A stretch of 63,967 bases of DNA, filler included, from Octopus bimaculoides (GCF_001194135.2; 9 parts of 8 records of this genome joined end to end with filler, not necessarily neighbours in it), one strand, 5' to 3'; positions 39,727-52,329 are shown, counted from the first letter of the whole stretch. Notes: generated by a model not told the origin, from the sequence alone. Numbers and translations: made by a program.

Positions 39727-40670
39727 ACTTTCTCACTTTCCCGAGCGTCAGAATAATACACCTGCTTGTTGTTTATACACCTGTCTTCGTCTTTTGTTTG
39801 TCTGTANNNNNNNNNNNNNNNNNNNNNNNNNNNNNNNNNNNNNNNNNNNNTTAATTAATTAANNNNNNNNNNNNNNNNNNNNNNNNNNNNNNNNNNNNNN
39901 NNNNNNATATTTACGAAGTTCATAAATTTAAATATTCCGTACAGGATAGTTTTTAACGTGATTTTATTTATACGATTTTTGGGCGTTCCATGTTCATCTC
40001 ATTCATTCTTTGCAATGTTCTCTCTCTCTCTCTCTCATTCACACACTCCAGGTTTGATTTCGTTCCGAACTCGCACACTTCGTTAATTTCCCTAAATAAA
40101 ATTTCTATTATTATTTTTTTTTTGGCACCCTGTGTTCAATTCTATGTATTCGTAATGAATCATACGCTCGCATGTGTGTTTCTGTATGTGTGTGAGTGAA
40201 GGGGTGTGTTGTGATGTCTACGTACATACATAAATACATATGCATACATCTTTTCTGTGTGTATATCTGCACGTGTGTGTGAGAGAGAGAGACTGACAGA
40301 CAGACAGAGAGATGTTTCAGTGACTCTCTCTCTCTCTCTCACACACACTCACACATACGTACAACAAATGTATGACTATGTATGTACGTATAATTGTCGA
40401 CACACCCCTTCACTGGCTTTGTCTCTCTGTCTCTGTCTGTCTGTATGTCTGTGTCTCTCTCTCTCACACACACACATAGCACACGCGCGCGCGCATACAC
40501 ACGTGTGTCTTTGTAAATATGTTTGTATATATTTATGTATGTGTGTGTTTGTAAGAGACAGAGTGTGAGTGAGTCAAGGGGTGTGCTGTCATATGCATCC
40601 ATCATTTTTGGATGTATGTGTGCGTGTGTATGTGTGTGAGACAGAGTGAGAGAGCGGTGTGTATGTAGTA

Positions 40671-41626
40671 CTAGCAGAGGCACCCGGCGTTGCTCGGGAA
40701 TGAAATTGTTGCATCTATACTTGAAGAAAATAAGGCAAAATATGCTGTATAGAAATTTGAGAGGACATTCTGTAGATGGACTCTCAGATGAATGATGGTT
40801 GGGCGCCTCTCACGAATGGGGAAAATTGAAGATGTGCCAAAAAGCCTCATTGGTACTTGGAAACTTTTACGAAAATTAAAATGGGGATTAAATGAAAAAA
40901 ATGATTTACGTGAATATCCTCNNNNNNNNNNNNNNNNNNNNNNNNNNNNNNNNNNNNNNNNNNNNNNNNNNNNNNNNNNNNNNNNNNNNNNNNNNNNNNN
41001 NNNNNNNNNNNNNNNNNNNNNNNNNNNNNNNNNNNNNNNNNNNNNNNNNNNNNNNNNNNNNNNNNNNNNNNNNNNNNNNNNNNNNNNNNNNNNNNNNNNN
41101 NNNNNNNNNNNNNNNNNNNNNNNNNNNNNNNNNNNNNNNNNNNNNNNNNNNNNNNNNNNNNNNNNNNNNNNNNNNNNNNNNNNNNNNNNNNNNNNNNNNN
41201 NNNNNNNNNNNNNNNNNNNNNNNNNNNNNNNNNNNNNNNNNNNNNNNNNNNNNNNNNNNNNNNNNNNNNNNNNNNNNNNNNNNNNNNNNNNNNNNNNNNN
41301 NNNNNNNNNNNNNNNNNNNNNNNNNNNNNNNNNNNNNNNNNNNNNNNNNNNNNNNNNNNNNNNNNNNNNNNNNNNNNNNNNNNNNNNNNNNNNNNNNNNN
41401 NNNNNNNNNNNNNNNNNNNNNNNTACGTCAATACCGGGAGTTGACATTGAGGAACCTTTTTAAAGAAGTGAATCTTAAATATAAAGCAATATTATTTATT
41501 TTTAATTAAAAAAATCAAATGAAGAGCCTAACATTTATCCGAGGTCAAATTATTCACGCATCACAAGTAAGGAAGCATTTGGTGATGTCGATTACACACA
41601 CATATTTGTTTTATATATAGTATAGA
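40671..41626 (-). mobile_element. Non-autonomous Helitron
   Basis: On the minus strand: A|TC 5' end at 41626, a 3' subterminal hairpin CCCGAGCAACGCCGGG, and CTAG|T at 40671. The middle is an N gap. Confidence 0.8.
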
Positions 41627-41745
41627 TTTACTCTCTCTGTCTCTCATACACACGCACACACACACACACAAAGATGTATGCATATTTATGCATGTACGTA
41701 TACATAACAACAAACCTCTCTCTCTTTCACTCTCTCTCTCTCTCT

Positions 41746-41780
<35 letters not shown>

Positions 41781-41890
41781 ACACACACACACACACACTT
41801 CTATTTCATCTGATGTGTGTGTGCGTGCGCGTGTGCTTTCGTGCGTGCCTGAGGGGTTCCACAATCGCAATTTATTTCAATTACTCTTGT

Positions 41891-42137
41891 GAGGATATTC
41901 ACGTAAATCATTTTTTTCATTTAATCCACATTTTAATTTTCGTAAAAGTTTCCAAGTACCAATGAGGCTTTTTGGCGCATCTTCAATTTTCCAATTCATG
42001 AGAGGTGCCCAGTCATCATTCATCTGAGAGTCCATCTACAGAATGTCCTCAGATTTCTATACAGCATATTTTGCTTTTTTCCTTCCAGTATATAAGCAAC
42101 AATTTCATTCCCGGGAAACGCCGGGTTGCTCTGCTAG
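41891..42137 (+). mobile_element. Second Helitron copy (3' part), inverted relative to the first
   Basis: Reverse-complement match to 40671-40921; ends CCCGGGAAACGCCGGG...CTAG|T. Confidence 0.82.
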
Positions 42138-42431
42138 TATATATATATATATGTATAAGTTGTGTTTAAGATAAGAGTTAAGATAGGAGACTTTAAAATG
42201 CAGTAATCTAAACCTTTGCTCGGCTGAAATCCCCAGTTAAAATTTTATAATTCCAACTTATGTTGGAATTATAGATTTATTCTTGCTGAATAGTAATATT
42301 ATTTCTATTAATATTTATAATTTTGTCCTATCTCTTCACTGATCTTGATTCTGCTTTTAACTGGGAAGTTCAGCCGAGTAAACATGCAGAGACGTAGTGA
42401 ATATTTTAAAACTTCATCGTCAACGGTAGAC

Positions 42432-42487
42432 TCAACTGAAGATGACAAATCGGATTCACGCTCACGCACGTGATCCGAAAATTTTGA
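42432..42487 (+). ncRNA. Possible variant hammerhead with extra nucleotides between core and stem II
   Basis: TCAA-CTGAAGA-[TGACAAATC]-GGATTCACG..CGTGATCC-GAAA-AT-T-TTGA. Stem I TCAA/TTGA; stem III is marginal. Confidence 0.35.
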
Positions 42488-43495
42488 AACTGCAATATTG
42501 ACCTATTCTTCATCTCTCCCACGGTCTCCGTGGATGACAGGCGGAATTTTCTAATATTAAGCCCGCAAACATCTCTGCGAGTGAACATTCTGTGAAGATC
42601 TACGTAGCACAGATAGATTAGCGGACGCTTTTTCTAGAAATCATCATACTTCGTGTACGTCAGCTTCGTACATTTACAATTATACCATTTATGGTGCTTT
42701 ATTCTTGGTGGATATTAATTTTATTTTCAATAATTACATATATATATACACATATATATGTATATGTGTATATATAAATAAATAAATAAATAAATATATA
42801 TATATATANNNNNNNNNNNNNNNNNNNNNNNNNNNNNNNNNNNNNNNNNNNNNNNNNNNNNNNNNNNNNNNNNNNNNNNNNNNNNNNNNNNNNNNNNNNN
42901 NNNNNNNNNNNNNNNNNNNNNNNNNNNNNNNNNNNNNNNNNNNNNNNNNNNNNNNNNNNNNNNNNNNNNNNNNNNNNNNNNNNNNNNNNNNNNNNNNNNN
43001 NNNNNNNNNNNNNNNNNNNNNNNNNNNNNNNNNNNNNNNNNNNNNNNNNNNNNNNNNNNNNNNNNNNNNNNNNNNNNNNNNNNNNNNNNNNNNNNNNNNN
43101 NNNNNNNNNNNNNNNNNNNNNNNNNNNNNNNNNNNNNNNNNNNNNNNNNNNNNNNNNNNNNNNNNNNNNNNNNNNNNNNNNNNNNNNNNNNNNNNNNNNN
43201 NNNNNNNNNNNNNNNNNNNNNNNNNNNNNNNNNNNNNNNNNNNNNNNNNNNNNNNNNNNNNNNNNNNNNNNNNNNNNNNNNNNNNNNNNNNNNNNNNNNN
43301 NNNNNNNNNNNNNNNNNNNNNNNNNNNNNNNNNNNNNNNNNNNNNNNNNNNNNNNNNNNNNNNNNNNNNNNNNNNNNNNNNNNNNNNNNNNNNNNNNNNN
43401 NNNNNNNNNNNNNNNNNNNNNNNNNNNNNNNNNNNNNNNNNNNNNNNNNNNNNNNNNNNNNNNNNNNNNNNNNNNNNNNNNNNNNNNNNNNNNNN

Positions 43496-43530
<35 letters not shown>

Positions 43531-43531
<1 letters not shown>

Positions 43532-43580
43532 TAGCAGAGATACCCAGCGTTGCTAGGTATTAAAATGGCATAGTTTTTTT
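43531..43580 (-). mobile_element. Helitron 3' terminus next to (TA)n
   Basis: CTAGCAGAGATACCCAGCGTTGCTAGG matches the terminus of the other copies. Confidence 0.6.
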
Positions 43581-44512
43581 TTATTGTTTTGTTTCGGTCA
43601 TATGCCTGCAGACATGCTAGAGCACCCATTTAACCGAAGAAATCGAACCCATGACTTATTATTTGTCAGCGTAGTACTTATTCTATCGGTGTGTCTTGTC
43701 AAACAGATACATTATGGGGACGTAAATACACCAACATAGGTTGTCAAGCGATAGTGGGGGCTACAAACAAAGACAAACACACACATACGTAGACACAGAG
43801 GCACACACATACGCACATATAAATATATATGTATATATATATATATATATATAAATATATATAAGTATTCATATATGTTTATATATACATATACATATAT
43901 ATATATACATATATACATATAAGTATATACATATATATGAATAATATATATATGTATATACATATATAGTCTGCAGATAATCGAGGTATGTATAATTTTC
44001 ACTGGTCTCGCCCGCCTGTTTTTGCTCCGCTGAATCCTTATTTGGGAATTTTTTAAGTGATCTTCTTCTAGCATATTGACAGACCGGTTACTGGTCAATC
44101 TCATATACACAAGTACTATAATCTTTTTAGGATCTCGAAAAAAGTTTTCCTTAACCTTCTGATTCTTTTAATGTGCTAGTTTCCTGGTATTAAATTGATA
44201 TTAATTAACATCGAATTTTTACCATATTATGTTAATTAATTATGTATATACATATGTATATATACACATAAATGCGCATGTATATATATAGATATATACA
44301 TATCCACACACATATATGTATATANNNNNNNNNNNNNNNNNNNNNNNNNNNNNNNNNNNNNNNNNNNNTTAATTAATTAANNNNNNNNNNNNNNNNNNNN
44401 NNNNNNNNNNNNNNNNNNNNNNNNATATGCAAGTGTATATGTGTTTGTGGGGGCGAGTATAAATGTCTGTGTTGCTGTATTTGGATGTGCGCTGTTCTGT
44501 GTGTGTGTGTGT

Positions 44513-44561
<49 letters not shown>

Positions 44562-44569
44562 AAAAAATC

Positions 44570-44770
44570 ACTGGCTTTAAGAGTATCGCGAAAGGCTTAG
44601 GCTTAGCTGGAGACTTAACTTTCTGAGTTCTTTTACAGGGCTTGGGAAAATTGAAGGTCCGCTGCAATAAGTGTATGAATCTGAGAGGGGAATACGTTGG
44701 ATACAATCATAACTGATCCTCCTGTATTCTCTTTTACCCAAGGCCAGAAACGTTTCAGCACCCCCTCGTA
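44570..44770 (+). mobile_element. mariner 3' end with TIR
   Basis: GLGKIEGPLQ/CNKCMNLRGEYVG-type C-terminus; terminus CAGCACCCCCTCG followed by TA. Confidence 0.68.
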
Positions 44771-44950
44771 TGTACAAAGGCGCACATTATATATATGTAT
44801 GCGTGTATATATATATACATGCATACATATATATAATTTGCGCGTAAAATTGTGGTTTCAGTTCCTGGACCGGGTGATGCGTTATTTTCTTTAGCTAAAC
44901 ACTTCATTTCCCGTGAATTGCCCAAGTCTAGGATCTATTTTAAAACGGAA

Positions 44951-45710
44951 GCCACATTTTTCTTTAATGTTTTACGTAGTGTTTTTGGTACGGAAAGACT
45001 TTCAAACTTCGTATACTGATCTATTTTGTGTTATAGAACAGAAAAATATTTGGATCTTTTTTAAAACGGGGGCCACATTTTTCATTAACGAAACACTTTG
45101 AAACTTGGAACACTGGTAGAATGTGTCATATAAAACATCTTTTTCTCTTAGTCTTCTTTAAAAAAAAAGAAATCCCTAAGTTATTCCATGTGAAAGTTGT
45201 CGTATTTCTGTAATTTCAACCAATCACTGACGTCCATTCAGCCGATATACATTAAGTGCCGACNNNNNNNNNNNNNNNNNNNNNNNNNNNNNNNNNNNNN
45301 NNNNNNNNNNNNNNNNNNNNNNNNNNNNNNNNNNNNNNNNNNNNNNNNNNNNNNNNNNNNNNNNNNNNNNNNNNNNNNNNNNNNNNNNNNNNNNNNNNNN
45401 NNNNNNNNNNNNNNNNNNNNNNNNNNNNNNNNNNNNNNNNNNNNNNNNNNNNNNNNNNNNNNNNNNNNNNNNNNNNNNNNNNNNAGCCACATTTTTCTTT
45501 AATGTTTTACGTAGTGTTTTTGGTACGGAAAGACTTTCAAACTTCGTATACTGATCTATTTTGTGTTATAGAACAGAAAAATATTTGGATCTTTTTTAAA
45601 ACGGGGGCCACATTTTTCATTAATGTTTTACGTAGTGTTTTTGGTACCGAAAGACTTTCAAACTTCGTATACTTATCTATTTTGTGTTATAGAACAGAAA
45701 AATATTTTTG
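44951..45710 (+). repeat. 121-bp tandem units within an unclassified repeat, on both sides of a gap
   Basis: GCCACATTTT... unit starts at 44951, 45072, 45486 and 45607 (121-bp spacing within each side). Confidence 0.8.
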
Positions 45711-46136
45711 TATTCGAATTTATTTCATGTAAAAAATTGTCTTATTTCGATAATTTCAACCAATCACTGACAAGTATTCAGTTGTTTACATTTACTCCTT
45801 TGGCTGATTAAGCCATAGCTTCGTTTTATTTGCTTTTTTCATTTTAAATTTGCTTTTTTCATTTTCTTTCAGAAGGAGAGAGACACAAGGCCGATGTTTG
45901 TCGATTGATTATCCTTTCTATTTTACTATTTGCCTTGTAAATTCTGGGTAAATTTGTTTTACCTCCACTCATACCTATTATTCAATTGCGCTACTGCCCT
46001 GCAATAGTGAACACTTGGATATAAATACGTAGGTACACATCCAGTAGTATATTGGATATTTATTATCCCTTAGATGGTTGCTTAACCTCTAACTCATACA
46101 GACAGACAGACAGACAGACAGACACACACACACATA

Positions 46137-46520
46137 TTCGTGGCACTCCGTCGGTTACGACGACGAGGGTTCCAGTTGACCCGATCAACGGAAGTGCCTG
46201 CTCGTGAAATTAACGTGCATGTGGCTGAGCACTCCACTGACAGGTGTACCCTTAACGTAGTTCTCGGGGACATTCAGTGGGACACAGAATGTGACGAGGC
46301 TGGCCCTTTGAAATACAGGTACAACAGAATCAGGAAGAAAGAGTGGGAGAAAGTTGTGGTGAAAGAGTACAGCAGTGTTCGCCACCCCCTATCAAAGCCT
46401 CGTGGAGTTTTAGGTGTTTTCGTTCAATAAACACTCAGAACACCCGGTCTGGGAATCGAAACCGCGATCCTACGACCGCGAGTCCGCTGCCCCAACCACC
46501 GGGCCAGTGCGCCTCCTCCC
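46137..46520 (-). mobile_element. Family-D SINE with a tRNA-Arg-like head
   Basis: Minus-strand head GGAGGCGCACTGGCCCGGTGG...GGACTCGCGGTC...GGTTTCGATTCCC (TCG at the anticodon-equivalent position); 3' module shared with 26715-27042. Confidence 0.8.
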
Positions 46521-49204
46521 ACACAAGAATCAGTGTTGGTGTAGTTACATCCCCATGGCTTAGCGGTTCGGATAAAGAGCACGATAAATAAATACCAGGC
46601 TTTAAGAAAAATATGTACTGGTGTCGATTCATTCGGTCAAAGTTCTTCAAGATGATGCTCCAACATGGACGCAGTCCCATGACTGAAACAAGTAAAAGAC
46701 AGAAAATACAAAAAGAGAAAAAGAAAAAAAGAATCAATGAATGGAACTCTCCAGCTTGTGAGGTCAAATTTAGTAGTAGATGAAGTTTAAAAGCAAACAT
46801 AAAACAGCAAATAAATCAAGAAAAATAAACAAGAGAAAAATAAAGGAAGTAAAAAAAAAGAAAAAGAAGCAAAAACTAAGGAGTTATGAGGCTTGAGTTG
46901 CGCATTGTCGAGTCTTTGGAAATGGGTCGATGATTCCAAACGTCTGATTCTACAACTAACAAAGACAATAATTTCTAAAAGTTCTGGCGAATAAACTGAA
47001 TTACCAAACCGTATAATGGAATCGGAGGAATATTTGTTCGCACTTGTATTGTGTGAGTGCGCGCGCGGGTGCGTGTGTGTATGTGTGTATGTGTGTATGT
47101 ATGTGTGTGTGCCTGTGTGCATGCGTGCCTGTGTGCGTGAGCCTATGTAGGCGTGTATGTGAGCATGTGTCTCTGCGTTTGTGTGCGTGCGCGTGTATTG
47201 TGTGCATATATGTGCGAGAATGAGAATGTCGTCGCACACACACATACACACAAGCCCAGAGTATGTATACTCAGAGATACACACATGTAAACATGTACAT
47301 ACCCGCAGATATAGAGATGTGTGTCCCCGTGTGTGGCTGTGCGTATACATATGTCTATGTTAGTCTATGCTTCAAGCCTTCTCTGTAATAGCGTTAGGAT
47401 TAATTTTCTTATTGTTTAGGGTTTTTACTCCCAAATGGCGACGATAATAAAAGGAAAATTATGATGGTTGGCCGAGAATTCTGTTAAATACTTTACATCT
47501 AATCATTACTGTTCCTGTCAGTGCTTCGGTTTCGAATCTCACTGAGGTAACTTATCACTCCCATTAGCGCTTAAAAGAAAAACAAGAACCCAAACCGGAT
47601 GTGGCTGTACAGTAAGAAATTTGCTTCCCAGCCGGCTGTGCGTTGTGTTCTTGTGCAAAAACACTTCATTTCACGTTATTCTTGTCCACTCAGCTGCAAA
47701 TGGATAGCTCTGCAATGGACCACCTTTCTGACCGGAGAGAATGTTGGCCTGGTGGCATCATTCGAAAGCTAAAACGATATAAACCCAATGCGCTTTGCAT
47801 CGATTTAGCTTTCTAATGAAAGCGTGCTGTGGTTAGCAAAGCGCATTGTGGTCAGTGACGTACTACAAGATCCGATAGTCTGGTCTATCACCATATATAT
47901 ATATATATATATATATATACACTTCTAATATAAGGATAAAAATTTTTTTCAAAAAAAAAATGTCTATCAGTGGCCAGCAGATTAAAATACCTTTCAAGGT
48001 GAAAATATAAACTATTATAAATAAGGGCAAAAGAAAAATTTTCCTATGCCAATATGCTGAAAAACAGATCTTAATCTGTGTAACCACATTGAGCACGCTG
48101 TGTGAGAATTATTGTATGTGGTTAGACGGTTTATGGTCTAATTTTCAGCATATTGGAACAGGAAAATCTTTTCTTTTGCCCTTATTTATAATTGTATATA
48201 TATATATACACATAAGTAACAGGTGAACAACTATTACTTAATTTTAATTCACTTATCTCAGAACATGCCCCTCGCTTGTTCTGAAGTATATTATGGACTT
48301 TATATTTAATAAAAGGTACATGTGTGAATAGCTCAGGAGCGGATTATATACTCAGTTGAGTCAAACTGAGTGCATACATCACTTGAGTATCATTCTGCTA
48401 GAACTTCTTTACCAAGGTTGATATTCATCTAAAGATTGTTGCGTGTGCATTTTGTTCCGACCTAACTAGGTGCCTCAACTTTAAGTACTTTATTCGACTG
48501 AATATTATTTATATATATACACATATGAAGGGCCGCAACTTAAAGATATACGTATACGACACGGCACGACACAACAATTTTCTTATGTGTCACGAGTAAC
48601 AGAGCTTTAATATCTGGTTAAAAGAAAATATTATTAATTTCCATAACTTATCTGTCTGCAGTTTTATTTTTTGTTCAATATAAATGGCAGGAGACTTTTC
48701 CTATTCCAAATAACCATCCAAAACAGAAAAAATAAAAGAAAAACAAATGACAAAAAAAAGCCAATGCCATGTTTATATTTTTTTTTATTAATAACAAAAT
48801 AGATGCACCTTCCGCCATATTACATATACAAAGATACACACATACACACACACACACAGACGTACGTACATAAGCATGTATGTATGTATGTATGTATGTA
48901 TGTATGTATGTATGTATGTATGTATGTATGTATGTGTAGATATGTAGTTCAGGAACAGGAAAAAAAGTGAAAGACTGAAGCCTGAACCTCTCGTGTACAA
49001 TATCAATTATTAAAACAGCAATATATGATTGTGTATTATTTGGCACCTCAACCTCTGTCTGATAAATCCCGTGTATTATTCAAATAAAGACAATATCTCC
49101 TTCAAAGACCAGACACGTTGAAATGCCACACACAAACCTACCCACAGAGACAGTTACACATATATATAAATACATACGTATATACAAACCACTAGTACAT
49201 ACAT

Positions 49205-49240
<36 letters not shown>

Positions 49241-49619
49241 GTATATGAATGATCATTTGCTTGTAGCTAACCACACAAGATATTTCATTTTTTTTCCTCT
49301 TAGCAGAGTACGTTACAAACTAATATGTCCAATATAATCGTTCATATATATATATATATATTATATTATATTATATGCACACAGATACATACATACACGC
49401 ACACGTACGTATACATAAATATATACGCACACATATATAAACACATACACATACATATATAGAGTCGCATATTTATACTTGTACAAAAGGACACTCATTC
49501 GTATGGATTTAGTATTGACTTGTAGTATATATCTGTCCATGATATCATAAAATGATAACGACACACACACATATGCAGATAAATACACTCCTTTATATGT
49601 CTTCTAGCATTTACGAAAA

Positions 49620-49676
<57 letters not shown>

Positions 49677-49679
49677 CCG

Positions 49680-50351
49680 CTGGTTTGCTTGCTCACCACT
49701 GCTCAATTCATAGACACATGCAACGATTTCTTTACCGAATCGTTACTTGGCAACGAAAAATGGTGCCTGTTCATCAATATGAAGCAGCGTAAGGAATGGC
49801 TTAGACCCGGTAAACAAGCGATACCGCGCGTGAAACCAGATCTTCATCCGCGTAAAACGATGTTGTGCATATGGTAGGACTGGGAAAGGATTATCCATTA
49901 CGAATTTCTTGAACGGAACAACGGTCAACCCGGAACTCTATGTTCAACAGATAGAACGACCCAACACGGCTATTCAAAAGAAAAGACCTAATCGGCAGCA
50001 TAGAGTTATTTTGCTGCACGACAACGTCCACCCTCATATCGCCAATATGACCAAGGAAGCCATTCAAACGCATGGCTGGGAAGTGCTGCCACACCCGCCG
50101 TACTTTCCTGATTTGGCATCAACGGATTTCCACCTCTTTCAATCACTTTCAAATGCTATGCGTGAGTTTCGTTCAATACTGATGCAGAATTGAGCGCTTG
50201 GTTGGATCAATTTTTCGAGTCGAAACGTTGGGAAGAAGTTGTAAGCAACAAGGGTGAATACATTATTGATTAATTAGTTGTTATTTTTTACTAAGCCTAT
50301 TAAAAAAATTTAATTAAAAAAAACGGTGGGAACTTAGTTGCCAACCTAATA
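49680..50351 (+). mobile_element. mariner (DD34D) transposon, 3' two-thirds, inserted at a TA in a family-B SINE
   Basis: GNEKW, HDN, then 34 residues to the D of STDFHLF; HPPYFPDL; terminus TTGCCAACCTAA followed by TA, after which the SINE resumes at TAGAAGACAC. Confidence 0.92.
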
Positions 50352-50445
50352 GAAGACACTTGACCAAGGTACCATGCAGTGGAACTAAACCTGGAGCCAT
50401 ATGGTTGAGAAGCAAACTTCTTACCACACAGCAAATTCTGCGCCT
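50350..50445 (-). mobile_element. Family-B SINE head, truncated by the mariner
   Basis: Reverse complement of the family-B head. Confidence 0.75.
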
Positions 50446-50509
50446 GTTATACAGACTTAAACTTGAAGCTTTATATTTCAAAAGACCGTTTTCTGCATTA
50501 AAGGACATG

Positions 50510-50870
50510 GGTGTATAGGAAAATGTTACGTGTATCTTACAAGGACCATTGGACAAATGAATGGATGTTACAACAATTAGGTGGAAGACGATAATTTCTG
50601 AACATTGTGAAGTAACAAGAGTTCATTTATTATGGCCATATTCGAAGAAGCAGAGGTCTGGGAAACATTATCTCGGAAGGAAGAGTAGAGGAAAACATTG
50701 CTATGGAAGGAAGAGGCAGGCAAAGAACGCCATGGATGGATGATATCACTGGTTGGACAAGACTGGTAAAGCAGATGGAGAACTCGCGCTTAATGGAAAG
50801 ACTTTGGTTATAGTGTCATCAATGCACTCAAGGCCTACGATACATGGCGACAACGACAATAACGACGGAT
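50510..50870 (+). mobile_element. RTE-clade LINE 3' fragment
   Basis: KMLRVSYKDHWTNE...YYGHIRR...EGRVE...GRGRQRTPWMDDITGW. Confidence 0.8.
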
Positions 50871-51323
50871 GTGACCAGTGTTAATAAGTACACGTGTACT
50901 CATCACTTGCAGCAGTCAACAATAACTGTTCGTTCGTCGTCTTTAGCATCTCTATGATCCAGAGCCATGATTGCTAAATAACCATTAGTTTTAGCCTGCT
51001 TTGAACCGTCCTTTCTGATAAAGCTTGATATATTCATCTGAAGTTTTGGTAAACGTCAATGTCCTCATCAGGTTAGTCTAGGCCAAGGGTCAGAGAACAT
51101 TTTAACCAATTAGCCCAAAATATATTTAGTTACGCCGACGTTACCCATTTGCTTTGAAAGGAAGAAAATATTAGATACTTGGAACTCAAAAAGTTTATTG
51201 AATCTATTTATATGGAGAATACAATTATGAATATAAAAAAACGATTATAGATACAAAAGACGAAGACAGGTGTATGAACAACTAGCAGGTGTATTAGTTT
51301 GACGCTGGGGTAAGTGAGAAAAT

Positions 51324-51359
51324 CATTTACGTTTCGAGCTTGCGCTCTTCAGCAGAAAG
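51324..51359 (-). ncRNA. Minimal hammerhead-like motif in a short element (about 51240-51395) abutting (TA)n
   Basis: Minus strand CTTT-CTGCTGA-A-GAGC(GCAA)GCTC-GAAA-CGT-A; GNRA loop; same family as 39691. Confidence 0.55.
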
Positions 51360-51391
51360 GAATAAGAGAAAATAAACAGAGATAGAATAAG

Positions 51392-51422
<31 letters not shown>

Positions 51423-51425
<3 letters not shown>

Positions 51426-51546
51426 ACATGGTTCCGGGTTCAGTCCCGCTGCGTGGCACACTGGGCAAGTGTCTTCTACTATAGCCTCGGGCCGACCAAA
51501 ACCTTATGAGTGGATTTGGTAGACGGAAACTCAAAGAAGCCCGTCA
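51423..51546 (+). mobile_element. Family-B SINE body, 5'-truncated
   Basis: Matches 3800-3925. Confidence 0.85.
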
Positions 51547-51561
51547 ATATATATATATATA

Positions 51562-51652
51562 CTAGCAGAAATACCCGGCGTTGCCTGGGTTAAAGAGAAT
51601 AATGAAATCTAAAAACGCCGTCTGGACTACGCATCATCTTTATATATAGAGA
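51562..51652 (-). mobile_element. Minimal 91-bp Helitron
   Basis: A|TCTCTATATATA 5' end, hairpin ACCCAGGCAACGCCGGGT, CTAG|T 3' end; lies in the (TA)n tract following a SINE body. Confidence 0.75.
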
Positions 51653-51889
51653 TGTATATACACACACGCACCTAAACACACGTATATATATGTATATCAA
51701 TATAAATATATGAAAGTCAATGAAGTTTCGTAAAAGAAGGTGATCATGTACATACTTTCTTGCTGTTGTGATTATAACACCTCATTGTANNNNNNNNNNN
51801 NNNNNNNNNNNNNNNNNNNNNNNNNNNNNNNNNTTAATTAATTAANNNNNNNNNNNNNNNNNNNNNNNNNNNNNNNNNNNNNNNNNNNN

Positions 51890-51923
<34 letters not shown>

Positions 51924-52018
51924 TGTGTGTGTGTGTGTGTAATAGTGGTGCTCCAGCATGGTCGCAGTTCTCGAATTGAAACCAATTAAAGAGTTACGTA
52001 ATACTTATATTGTATAAC

Positions 52019-52049
<31 letters not shown>

Positions 52050-52329
52050 AATATAATATATATAAATAATATATAGATATATACATATATCCATATATAT
52101 ATGTACATACCTACATCTATATGTATATATACATGCATATATGGGTACAGGACATCACAAAAAACGTTAAACACAATGAGAAACGAAGACATAAAGACGA
52201 GAACAACGAAAAAACGCAAACATAGAAAGGAGACATGCAACATAAAGAATATAACCCTTCGTCAGTTGTCCCTGTTCCATCTACTCCGCGTTTCGAAGGC
52301 AAGGACAATACGTGACATATATATATATA

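Noticed and set aside
46430-46520. tRNA genes at SINE heads
   Set aside because: A and B boxes are present, but the acceptor stem and cloverleaf are incomplete and each continues into a SINE body.
51030-51075. Minus-strand CTGATGAGG...CCAAAAC
   Set aside because: No GAAA, no NUH site and no stem I partner.
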